A DNA stretch of 64,000 nt from the NCBI GenBank assembly GCA_963797925.1, contig CAWCQZ010000002.1:471862-535861 (forward strand). The letters are read 5' to 3'. Under the pieces are notes generated by a model that saw nothing but the letters and a program-made list of their open reading frames with translations, ran no database searches and was not told the origin of the DNA. A program made the translations under genes and the position numbers. Shown in pieces: positions 11,533-20,179 of the stretch. Origin of the DNA: Ilumatobacteraceae bacterium (GTDB lineage Bacteria; Actinomycetota; Acidimicrobiia; Acidimicrobiales; Ilumatobacteraceae). The stretch's first letter is position 1. Each line of letters begins with the position of its first letter.

Positions 11533-12432
11533 ATGGGGTTCGACGACGACGACTACGACGACCACGATCGCGAGTGGCCCATGTGGGCGGGCGGCGTCGT
11601 TGCGGTGGTCGTCTCGGCAGCGGTGCTCTGGTTCGGGATCGGAGCGATCACCGGCGGCGGCGACGAGACAGCGCAGCTGACCGCGGCGCGGCCGGCGACG
11701 GAGCCTTCCGTCACCGTCGCCACGACGGAGGCGCCGGAGATCACGACGACCAGGCCCGAGTCCACATCGGTCCAGGCGACGACTGTGACAACTGCGACAA
11801 CTGCGCCGACTGCGCCGACTGGGACGACTGGGACGACGACGTCGAGCACGTTGCGCCCGGCAGGCCCGGTGAGCTACGAGACGCTTGCGGACGGCACCCC
11901 CGTGCCGGTGTTGGTCATCTTCGACGATGAGCTGGTCACGATCTCGGGCGTCGTGCCGAGCGAGTCCGCAGCCGAACGTCTCCGCGTCCTCGCGTTGGCG
12001 AACAGCACCGTGCGAGGGGCTCAGGTGGCCAGTTTCGTGACGATCAACCCCGATGTGCCGATCGGCGTCGGCGTGCGCATGATCGAGGCGAACTCGCCGC
12101 AGTTCGATGAAGGTCTGCCCACGATCTCGCTCGAGTACATCGCTCAGCTCGACCGGATCGCGTCCCTGATGAGCTCGCTGCCGACCATCACGGTCGAAGT
12201 GATCGGCCACACGGATCAGACCGTCGACGACGATTCGAACCTCGACTTGTCGACCGAGCGGGCGCGATTGGCGGCGGACTACATCGAATCGCAAGGCATC
12301 GACCCTGCCCGCCTCTCGTCGCGTGGCGCCGGGTCTGATGATCTCCTGACCCTCAACAACGACGAGGCGGCGTTGGCGCTCAACCGCCGAACCGAGTTCG
12401 TCGTCTCCGGGCTGCTCGTCGACGGGTCGTAG
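11533..12432 (+). CDS. Membrane-anchored OmpA-C-like peptidoglycan-binding protein with Thr-rich linker
   Basis: N-terminal TM helix, Thr/Ala/Pro linker, [10 protein letters not shown] (BON-like), [21 protein letters not shown]. Confidence 0.82.
   Translation: MGFDDDDYDDHDREWPMWAGGVVAVVVSAAVLWFGIGAITGGGDETAQLTAARPATEPSVTVATTEAPEITTTRPESTSVQATTVTTATTAPTAPTGTTGTTTSSTLRPAGPVSYETLADGTPVPVLVIFDDELVTISGVVPSESAAERLRVLALANSTVRGAQVASFVTINPDVPIGVGVRMIEANSPQFDEGLPTISLEYIAQLDRIASLMSSLPTITVEVIGHTDQTVDDDSNLDLSTERARLAADYIESQGIDPARLSSRGAGSDDLLTLNNDEAALALNRRTEFVVSGLLVDGS
11781..11840 (+). repeat. Degenerate 9-bp tandem repeat encoding the Thr-rich linker
   Basis: actgtgaca/actgcgaca/actgcgccg/actgcgccg/actgggacg/actgggacg. 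Confidence 0.7.
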
Positions 12433-12444
12433 CCGACCCGAGCG

Positions 12445-13227
12445 TCAGGCGCCGACGGCGTGGTAACCGCCGTCGACGTGGATGATCTCGCCCGTCGTCG
12501 CAGGGAACCAGTCGCTCATCAGGGCCAGTACCGCCCGGGCCACGGGTTCGGAGTCGTTCACGTCCCAGCCGAGCGGGGCACGTCCGTCCCACGTGTCCTC
12601 GAAGAGGGCGAAGCCCGGGATCGACTTCGCCGCCATGGTCTTGATCGGTCCGGCGGCCACGAGGTTGGAACGGATCCCCTTCGGCCCGAGCTCCTTGGCC
12701 AGGTACCGGTTCACGGACTGCAGCGCCGACTTCGCCACGCCCATCCAGTTGTACGCGGGCCAGGCCTGCTGGTTGTCGAAGTCGAGCCCGACGAAGGATC
12801 CGCCCTCGCTCATCAGTGGCACGAACGTGTCGGCGAGCATCTTCAACGAGTAGGTCGAGATGTGCATGGCGATCGCCACGTCGTCCCACTGAGCGGCCAT
12901 GAAGTCGTCGCCGAGGCACGCCTCGGGGGCGAACCCGATCGCGTGGAGGACGCCGTCGACGTGGCCCCACTTGGCGTCGACAGCGGCACGCACCGCGTCG
13001 CCGTGCTCGGGCACGGTCACGTCGAGTTCGAACACCTCGACGTCCTCGCCGCTCGGGTTCGGCCCGAGCTTGCGAGCGGTTCGTTGCGTCAGTTTCAAGG
13101 CTCGACCCGCTCCCGTGAGCACGATCTCAGCACCTTCCTGCTGTGCCAGGCGAGCAACGCCGAATGCGAGCGACGCATCGGTCAACACTCCGGTGATCAC
13201 GAGTTTCTTGCCATCGAGCAATCCCAT
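12445..13227 (-). CDS. fabI: Enoyl-ACP reductase (FabI/InhA)
   Basis: KLVITGVLTDASLAF, HAIGFAP, YNWMGVAK, LVAAGPIKT, EIIHVDGG. Confidence 0.92.
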   Translation of the reverse strand: MGLLDGKKLVITGVLTDASLAFGVARLAQQEGAEIVLTGAGRALKLTQRTARKLGPNPSGEDVEVFELDVTVPEHGDAVRAAVDAKWGHVDGVLHAIGFAPEACLGDDFMAAQWDDVAIAMHISTYSLKMLADTFVPLMSEGGSFVGLDFDNQQAWPAYNWMGVAKSALQSVNRYLAKELGPKGIRSNLVAAGPIKTMAAKSIPGFALFEDTWDGRAPLGWDVNDSEPVARAVLALMSDWFPATTGEIIHVDGGYHAVGA

Positions 13228-13315
13228 GCGTCGCAACGTAGCGGGCCGAGGTCGACCCGTCGGGCACCGACTCGGTGGGAATCAACACGGACCTGTCGTG
13301 GTTGACTTGCCACCG

Positions 13316-14434
13316 ATGCAGCTCTACGACACCGCCCGCCGCACCATCGTCCCGTTCGAGCCGAACGACGAGGTGTTGATGTACACGTGCGGAATCACTC
13401 CCTACGACGCCACCCACCTGGGCCATGCCGCCACGTTCATCGCGTACGACACGCTGCAACGCCACCTGATCGACAAGGGCCACACGGTGAAGTGCGTCCG
13501 AAACGTCACCGACGTCGACGACCCGTTGTTCGCGAAGGCACGCGAGCTCGGCGTGCACTACCTCGACCTCGCAGCCGGCGAGGAGGCACGCTTCGAACGC
13601 GACATGGTCGCTCTCAACGCGCTCCCCGTGGCGTCGAGCCCCCGTGCCAGCAGCGCCATCCCCGACATCCGCGGTTTCATCGGCATGGTGATGGACCGTG
13701 GGTTCGCCTACGAAGCCGGCGGCTCGGTCTACTTCGACGTGACCAAGGTCGACTCGTTCGGTTCGATGAGCCAGTACTCCGACGCTGAGATGCTCGCGTT
13801 CGCGAAAGAGCGCGGCGGCAACGTCGACGATCCGAACAAGCGCAACCAACTCGACTTCGTCCTGTGGCATCCGTCCGCTGTGGACGAGCCGTCGTGGGAC
13901 ACGCTGTGGGGTCCGGGCCGCCCGGGCTGGCACATCGAATGCTCCGCGCTGGCACTCCGCGAGTTGGGCACGACCATCGACCTGCACGGCGGTGGCGCCG
14001 ATCTGATCTTCCCGCATCACGAGTCCGAGAAGGCGCAGTCCGAAGCCGCGACCGGCGAACAGTTCGTCAAGCACTGGATGCACACGGCGCTGATCTCGAT
14101 GGACGGCCAGAAGATGTCGAAGAGCCTCGGCAACCTGGTGTTCGTCGACAAGCTCCGCGAGGAGTGGGACGCCCGTGCGATCCGCCTCGGCATCGTCGAG
14201 CACCACTACCGCACGGAATGGGAGTGGGACGACGAGTTGATGCCCCGCAACCAGGCTCGCCTCGACTCCTGGAACGCGAACGCCACGTCCAACCCCGATC
14301 TCCTGGCGGACGTGCGTGCCCGCCTCGACGACGACCTGGACACGCCCGGCGCATTCGACCTCATCGATGCAGCGGCAGCAGCGGGGGAGGGCGTGCTGGA
14401 TTCGGCGGCGCTCCTCGGCGTCGAACTCGACTGA
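13316..14434 (+). CDS. mshC: Mycothiol ligase MshC (CysRS paralogue without anticodon-binding domain)
   Basis: MYTCGITPYDATHLGH, GRPGWHIECS, DLIFPHHE, KMSKSLGN; ends soon after DDLDTP at 372 aa. Confidence 0.8.
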   Translation: MQLYDTARRTIVPFEPNDEVLMYTCGITPYDATHLGHAATFIAYDTLQRHLIDKGHTVKCVRNVTDVDDPLFAKARELGVHYLDLAAGEEARFERDMVALNALPVASSPRASSAIPDIRGFIGMVMDRGFAYEAGGSVYFDVTKVDSFGSMSQYSDAEMLAFAKERGGNVDDPNKRNQLDFVLWHPSAVDEPSWDTLWGPGRPGWHIECSALALRELGTTIDLHGGGADLIFPHHESEKAQSEAATGEQFVKHWMHTALISMDGQKMSKSLGNLVFVDKLREEWDARAIRLGIVEHHYRTEWEWDDELMPRNQARLDSWNANATSNPDLLADVRARLDDDLDTPGAFDLIDAAAAAGEGVLDSAALLGVELD

Positions 14435-14522
14435 TCAGGCGGCGTCGAGCACAGGCCGTCGTCAGGGCGGTGCCGGGCACGAACCCGATGACGCGAGCTC
14501 ATCGCTGCGGGAGTTCGGTCGA

Positions 14523-14539
14523 CTTCACAGAGCGTTCAC
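14523..14539 (+). promoter_or_regulatory. Possible OmpR/PhoP-type direct-repeat operator
   Basis: CTTCAC and GTTCAC at 11-bp period, upstream of the TACTGT -10 (14572-14577). Confidence 0.3.
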
Positions 14540-14584
14540 GTGGGCGTTGTTTCGCCGTCCCCCCTGTGGTCTACTGTGGCTCAC

Positions 14585-15370
14585 ATGAGCACGAGCCCAG
14601 GCGCCGGCGCCCTTCAGCGGCGGACCCGACGGGTCTTGAGCCCCGTGGTGACGCGTCTGTGGGACATCGAGATGACCGGGTACGACCGTCTTCCGACCCA
14701 CGGCCCGGCGATCCTGTGCCCGAACCACATCAGTTTCTTCGATTCGGCAATTCTCACGTTCACCGTGCCGCGCAACATCAGTTTCGTGGGCAAGGCGGAG
14801 TACATGGACTCTTGGAAGACCAAGTTCATCTTCCCTGCCATGGGCATGATCCCGATCGACCGCTCCGGCGGCGAGAAGAGCAACGGGGCACTCGACGCCG
14901 CTCGTGAAGTACTCGAACGTGGTGAGCTGTTCGGTATCTACCCGGAGGGCACGCGCAGCCGGAACGGCGACCTCCACAAAGGTCGCACCGGCGCCGCTCG
15001 GCTCGCGATGCAGATCGGATGCCCGATCTACCCCGTCGGCATCGTCGGAACCGACGAGATCCAGCCACCCGGCGCCCGCGCTCCGAAACTCCGCAAGTCG
15101 TGCGCCGTGCACATCGGTCGCCCGATCAAGCCCGAGCGCTACGCGAATCGTGGCGCCGAACACCTCGCCTGGCGTTCGATGATGGACGAGGTGATGTACG
15201 AGATCCGGGAGATGACCGGGCAGACGTACGTGCACCACTACCACGGTCAAGATCCGTCCGAGGTCCGCGAGCCGCTCACGCCGGCCCGCATCGCCTCGGT
15301 GACCGACATCACGACGAAGACGCCGTCCGGTGGCGTCGAGCGGAAACTGGTCGCCTCCGCCGGAAGCTGA
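14585..15370 (+). CDS. 1-acyl-sn-glycerol-3-phosphate acyltransferase (PlsC family)
   Basis: NHISFFD, FVGKAEY, IPIDR, YPEGTRS. Confidence 0.9.
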   Translation: MSTSPGAGALQRRTRRVLSPVVTRLWDIEMTGYDRLPTHGPAILCPNHISFFDSAILTFTVPRNISFVGKAEYMDSWKTKFIFPAMGMIPIDRSGGEKSNGALDAAREVLERGELFGIYPEGTRSRNGDLHKGRTGAARLAMQIGCPIYPVGIVGTDEIQPPGARAPKLRKSCAVHIGRPIKPERYANRGAEHLAWRSMMDEVMYEIREMTGQTYVHHYHGQDPSEVREPLTPARIASVTDITTKTPSGGVERKLVASAGS

Positions 15371-15389
15371 CGCCCGTATCATCGGGCGG

Positions 15390-17414
15390 ATGATCACCGT
15401 TTCCCTTCCCGACGGCTCCGAGCGGGAGTTGCCCGATGGGGCGACGGCGCTCGACCTCGCTGCATCGATCGGCTCCGGCCTGAAGAAGGCCGCCGTGGCC
15501 GCAACGGTCAACGGGACCGACACCGATCTCACCACCGAGGTCGCCGACGGCGACGTCGTCGCGATCATCACGAACAACACCGACGAGGGTCGCCACGTGC
15601 TGCGTCACTCGACAGCCCACGTGCTCGCACAGGCCGTGACCCTGCTGTACCCGGGCGCCAAGTTCTCCGTCGGCCCGGCGATCGAGAACGGCTTCTACTA
15701 CGACTTCGATCTCCCCGACGGTCAGACCTTCGGCGAGGAAGACCTCGGCACGATCGAGAAGAAGATGAAGGAGATCGTCAAGGCGAATCAGCCGTTCACG
15801 CGCTCCGAGCACTCGATGGCCGAAGCGAAGCAACTGTTCGCCGACCAGCCGTACAAGGTCGAGATCATCGAGCGGGTCGAGTCGGCTCGACAAGGAAGCG
15901 GGGACGCCGACGATCTCGATGCCGGCGAGGTGTCCGGCGAGATCATCAGCGCGTATCGGAACACCGACGAGTTCGTCGACATGTGCGTCGGGCCGCACGT
16001 GCCGTCGACCGGCAAGCTGCCGTGGTTCAAGCTGCAGAAGGTCGCCGGCGCCCACTGGCGCGGCAACGAGAGCGGCAAGATGCTCCAGCGGCTGTACGGA
16101 ACGGCCTGGGAGTCGAAGCAGGCGCTCGCCGACCACCTCACCCAGCTCGAGGAGGCAGCCAAGCGGGACCATCGCAAACTCGCCAACGAACTCGACCTGC
16201 TCAGCTTCCCCCAGGAGCTCGGTGGTGGCCTCGCCGTGTGGCACCCGAAGGGCGCCATCATCCGCAAGCTGATGGAGGACTACAGCCGTCTGCGCCACGA
16301 GACCGGCGGCTACGAGTTCGTGTACACGCCGCACCTCGCGAACGGCAAGCTGTTCGAGACCTCCGGGCACCTCCAGTGGTACAAGGACGGCATGTACCCG
16401 CCGATGGAGATGGACAACGGCACGTACTACATGAAGCCGATGAACTGCCCGATGCACTGCTTGATCTTCAAGAGCCGGCAGCGCAGCTATCGCGAACTGC
16501 CCTTGCGCCTCTTCGAGCTCGGCAACGTCTACCGCTACGAGCGGGCCGGCACGCTTCACGGTCTGCTGCGGATCCGTGGCTTCACGCAGGACGACAGCCA
16601 CATCTTCGTCACCAAGGAGCAGATGGCCACCGAAGTCGCCGGTCTGCTCGACTTCGTGCTGTCCGTGCTGCGAGCGTTCGGCTTCGAGGACTTCACGTTC
16701 AACCTGTCCACCAGGGACCCCGAGAAGTCCGTGGGCTCCGACGAGATCTGGGTCGAAGCGACACAGGCGCTCCAGGACGCGCTCGACGCGCACGGCCTCG
16801 AGTACGCCGTCAAGGAGGGTGACGCCGCCTTCTACGGTCCGAAGATCGACATCGACGTGCGTGACGCGATCGGTCGTTCGTGGCAGTTGTCGACCATCCA
16901 GGCCGACTTCCAACTGCCCGAGCGTTTCGAACTGGAATACGTCGGGGCCGACAACGAGCGGCATCAGCCGATCATGTTGCACCGGGCCCTGTTCGGCTCG
17001 ATCGAACGGTTCTTCGGTGTGCTCATCGAGCACTACGCCGGCGACTTCCCGACGTGGCTGGCGCCGCTGCAGGTGCGGGTCCTGCCCGTTGCCGAGGCGC
17101 ACGAGCCCCACGTGGAACGCGTCGTGGCCGAGTTGACCGAAGCTGGCGTCCGCGTCGACTGGGTCAAGGCTGACGTGGGTCTCGGCAAGCGCATCCGAAC
17201 CGCCAAGATGGAGAAGTTGCCGTACGTGCTCGTGGTCGGCGACGACGACGTCGCTGCGAACACGGTCGGGGTGAACCTGCGCCACGACATGGTGCCGACC
17301 AACGAGGACGGCTCGGCCGGCCAGGATGTCGAGCGCGACGTCCCGTTGGCGACGTTCATCGAGCGATTCCGAGCCGAGGTGGACAACGCCGCCACGGCTG
17401 CGCTCAATGCTTGA
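15390..17414 (+). CDS. thrS: Threonyl-tRNA synthetase
   Basis: TGS domain, RHSTAH, RDHRKL, KPMNCP, RIRGFTQDD, FYGPKID, HRALFGSIERF. Confidence 0.97.
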   Translation: MITVSLPDGSERELPDGATALDLAASIGSGLKKAAVAATVNGTDTDLTTEVADGDVVAIITNNTDEGRHVLRHSTAHVLAQAVTLLYPGAKFSVGPAIENGFYYDFDLPDGQTFGEEDLGTIEKKMKEIVKANQPFTRSEHSMAEAKQLFADQPYKVEIIERVESARQGSGDADDLDAGEVSGEIISAYRNTDEFVDMCVGPHVPSTGKLPWFKLQKVAGAHWRGNESGKMLQRLYGTAWESKQALADHLTQLEEAAKRDHRKLANELDLLSFPQELGGGLAVWHPKGAIIRKLMEDYSRLRHETGGYEFVYTPHLANGKLFETSGHLQWYKDGMYPPMEMDNGTYYMKPMNCPMHCLIFKSRQRSYRELPLRLFELGNVYRYERAGTLHGLLRIRGFTQDDSHIFVTKEQMATEVAGLLDFVLSVLRAFGFEDFTFNLSTRDPEKSVGSDEIWVEATQALQDALDAHGLEYAVKEGDAAFYGPKIDIDVRDAIGRSWQLSTIQADFQLPERFELEYVGADNERHQPIMLHRALFGSIERFFGVLIEHYAGDFPTWLAPLQVRVLPVAEAHEPHVERVVAELTEAGVRVDWVKADVGLGKRIRTAKMEKLPYVLVVGDDDVAANTVGVNLRHDMVPTNEDGSAGQDVERDVPLATFIERFRAEVDNAATAALNA

Positions 17415-17904
17415 GCGGATCTGGTCCGGTTGGCGTGCCGCCTACGTGGGCGGCGATCGACCAGACGATCGGGGGAGCGGCAGCCCGTTCACGCAGTTGC
17501 TCGAGTCGGGCGCGTCCGACGAAGAAACGCACATCGTGCATCGCAGCCGGCACGTCTTCGCCATCATGAACCTGTTTCCGTACAGCAGCGGCCATCTGCT
17601 CGTCGTGCCGTACCGGGAGGTTCCGGACCTGTCGGACCTCGACGCAGACGAGACCACCGATCTGTGGACCACCGTCACCGCCGGCGTCGCGGCGGTGCGT
17701 GCTGCCTACTCGCCTCAGGGCTTGAACGTCGGGCTCAACCTCGGTCGCCCTGCCGGCGGTTCGATCCCGAGCCATCTCCACGCGCATGTCGTCCCGCGAT
17801 GGACCGGTGACTCCAACTTCATGTCCTCGGTCGCCAACACCCAGACCCTGCCCGAAGCCCTCGACGCCAGCGCCGCCCGCATCCGCGCCGCCTGGCCCGC
17901 CTGA
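17407..17904 (+). CDS. HIT-family hydrolase
   Basis: NLFPYSSGHLLVVP, HLHAHVVPRW; usual position after thrS in Actinobacteria. Confidence 0.9.
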   Translation: MLERIWSGWRAAYVGGDRPDDRGSGSPFTQLLESGASDEETHIVHRSRHVFAIMNLFPYSSGHLLVVPYREVPDLSDLDADETTDLWTTVTAGVAAVRAAYSPQGLNVGLNLGRPAGGSIPSHLHAHVVPRWTGDSNFMSSVANTQTLPEALDASAARIRAAWPA

Positions 17905-17958
17905 CCGCTCGGACACAGGCGGACCCCGAGTCGGGAGTTTCGGTGCGCCTTCGTCGCA

Positions 17959-18007
17959 CGCAACCACCCGACGCATCCGCAACCACCCGACGCAGATGGT
18001 GCGTCGG
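17959..18007. repeat. 17-bp direct repeat (x2) plus inverted partial copy
   Basis: CGCAACCACCCGACGCA at 17959-17975 and 17978-17994; TGCGTCGG at 18000-18007 is complementary to CCGACGCA. Confidence 0.75.
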
Positions 18008-18030
18008 CGGGCGCAGGTAGCGTGGGTGCC

Positions 18031-18526
18031 ATGAGTGACGAGATCCGTGACGAGTTGCCGGACGACCTGCAACCCAGCGAGTTCGTCGGGGCCTATCTGT
18101 TCCCCGACAACAGCCGTCGTCGGGTCCCGGGCTACATCTACCTTGCGCTCGCAGCGGCGTGTCTCGCGGTCCGATTCGCGTTCTCCCGACGCCGCCGTGG
18201 TGAACGACGGATGGATCCTCGGCGCCGTGATCCTGCTCGTCGCCGGCGTGATCACGATCACCTCCGGCTGGCGGATGAACGTCGACGAGAAGGAAGCACT
18301 CGTCAAGGCCCAGCAGGCAGTCGGCTTCGCCGTCGGCCACGCATCGGCGCAGCAGGTGTGGCGCGGGTTCCGCAGTCGCCCGACGTGGCGGGTTCTCTGC
18401 TACTCGGCGGAGGATCCGCCGATCGAGCGAGGTCTCGTGCTCGTCGACGCAGTCGACGGTTCCGTGGTCGAGCAACTCGTCGAAGCCAACCCTGAGGCAG
18501 AGCCCTCAGTCGAGCCGACGCACTGA
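18031..18526 (+). CDS. Hypothetical two-TM membrane protein (frameshift near 18185)
   Basis: MSDEIRDELPDDL...IYLALAAACL joins ...WILGAVILLVAGV...RPTWRVLCYSAEDPP..GLVLVDAVDG. Confidence 0.7.
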
Positions 18527-18551
18527 CGCCACACGCACTACCCTCGTCACG

Positions 18552-19245
18552 ATGTTCGACGGCACCTTCAGGAAACCGGTCGACGCCGCCGTCAAACCCA
18601 TCGGCCAAGCGTTGCGACGCACGGGTCTCAGCCCGGATCACCTGACGATCATCGGTCTGCTCGTCGGCATCGGCGCCGGCGTCGCAATCGGCGCCGGACG
18701 CTTGTGGATCGGTGCTGCGCTGGTGGTGCTCGCAGCACTTCCGGACCTGCTCGACGGCGCGCTCGCCAAGGCGTCGGGCCTCTCGAGCCAACGCGGCGCA
18801 TTCTTCGACTCGACCGTCGACCGGGTGACCGACATGTTCCTGCTGGGCGGGATCGCCTGGTACTTCGCCGTCGACCCCGACGCTGCAGCGGAACTTCCGC
18901 TGCTTCCGTTCGCGATCGCCGGCGTGTCCTCACTGGTCAGCTACCAGCGGGCCAAGGCCGAATCGCTCGGCATCGACGCCAAGGGCGGGCTGATGGAACG
19001 CGCCGAGCGGATCATCGCGATCCTGATCGGCCTCGTGATCAACGTCCTGCTGGTGCCGATCCTGTGGCTGATGCTCGTGCTCACCACGATCACCGCGATG
19101 CCAGCGCTTCTGGAAGGTCTGGACCCAAGCGGCCGTCGCACCGGTCACCCAGGAACGCATCGAGATGCGGCGCTCGCGTCGGGCCAGCCGCCGAGTGGCG
19201 AGAACCGAGCGTCGCCGGACCAGCGTGCCGCGTCGGCGTCCCTGA
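18552..19245 (+). CDS. pgsA: CDP-alcohol phosphatidyltransferase (phosphatidylinositol phosphate synthase; frameshift near 19100)
   Basis: DLLDGALAK...GAFFDSTVDR signature, SYQRAKAE, GLMERAER; upstream of patA/pimA. Confidence 0.88.
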
Positions 19246-19251
19246 CGTCCG

Positions 19252-20179
19252 ATGCCGGACCTTCCCGACGCATTCACGACGAACGGCTACAAGCTCGCGG
19301 CGCTCGCAGCACGCCTGACGCCGGGCGTCGTGGCGGCCGGGCTGGCGGTTCCGTTCGGCGCCGGAGCGAACTTCTGGAGCCCGGAGCGGCGCGAGATGAT
19401 CGAACGCCACCTGCAGCGCGTCGATCCGACGTTGCGTGGGTTGCGACTGAATCGGGCGAGTCAGCGAGCGTTCGACTTCTACGCTCGGTACTGGATCGAG
19501 AGTTTCCGGTTGCCGACGCTGTCGAAACGAACGGTCGACCGGGGCTTCACCGCTCGCCGGCTATCCACAGATCGTCGAGGCACTGCAGGACGGCAACGGC
19601 GCGATCCTCGCGCTGCCGCATCTCGGTGGTTGGGAGTGGGCCGGACGATGGATTGCCGATCAAGGGCACGAGATCACGGTGGTCGTCGAACACCTCGAGC
19701 CTGCGGAACTGTTCGACTGGTTCGTCGATCTCCGCTCGAAGCTCGGGATGCACGTGGTCCCGTTGGGTCCGAAAGCCGGGTCGGCGGTGATCAGCGCACT
19801 GCGCAACAACCACATCGTGTGCCTGCTCTCCGATCGTGACATCGGCCAATCGGGGCCCGAGGTCGAGTTCTTCGGCGAGACCACGACGCTGCCCGGCGGA
19901 GCGGCCACCATCTCGCTGCGCACCGGAGCGCCGATCCTGCCGACAGCTGTGTACTTCACCGATCGACTCGACGCTCACTTCGCCTGGGTGCGTCCCCCGA
20001 TGTACCCGGAACGTCAGAGCAAGCGGCTGCGCGACGACGTCGCTCGGATCACCCAGGATCTCGCCGGCGAGCTGGAGGTCCTGATCCGGCGGGCCCCGTC
20101 CCAATGGCATCTGTTCCAGCCGAACTGGCCGTCCGACCCGGGTTATTCAACTCTGGTACCCAACATGCCGATCTCTTGA
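19252..20179 (+). CDS. patA: Phosphatidylinositol mannoside acyltransferase (frameshift near 19555)
   Basis: YARYWIESFRLP, ALPHLGGWE, VCLLSDRD, QWHLFQPNW. Confidence 0.85.

Noticed and set aside
15309-17285. Long antisense ORFs (this one opposite thrS, others opposite carB, relA and yebC)
   Set aside because: Typical shadow ORFs of high-GC codon bias with no recognisable motifs.
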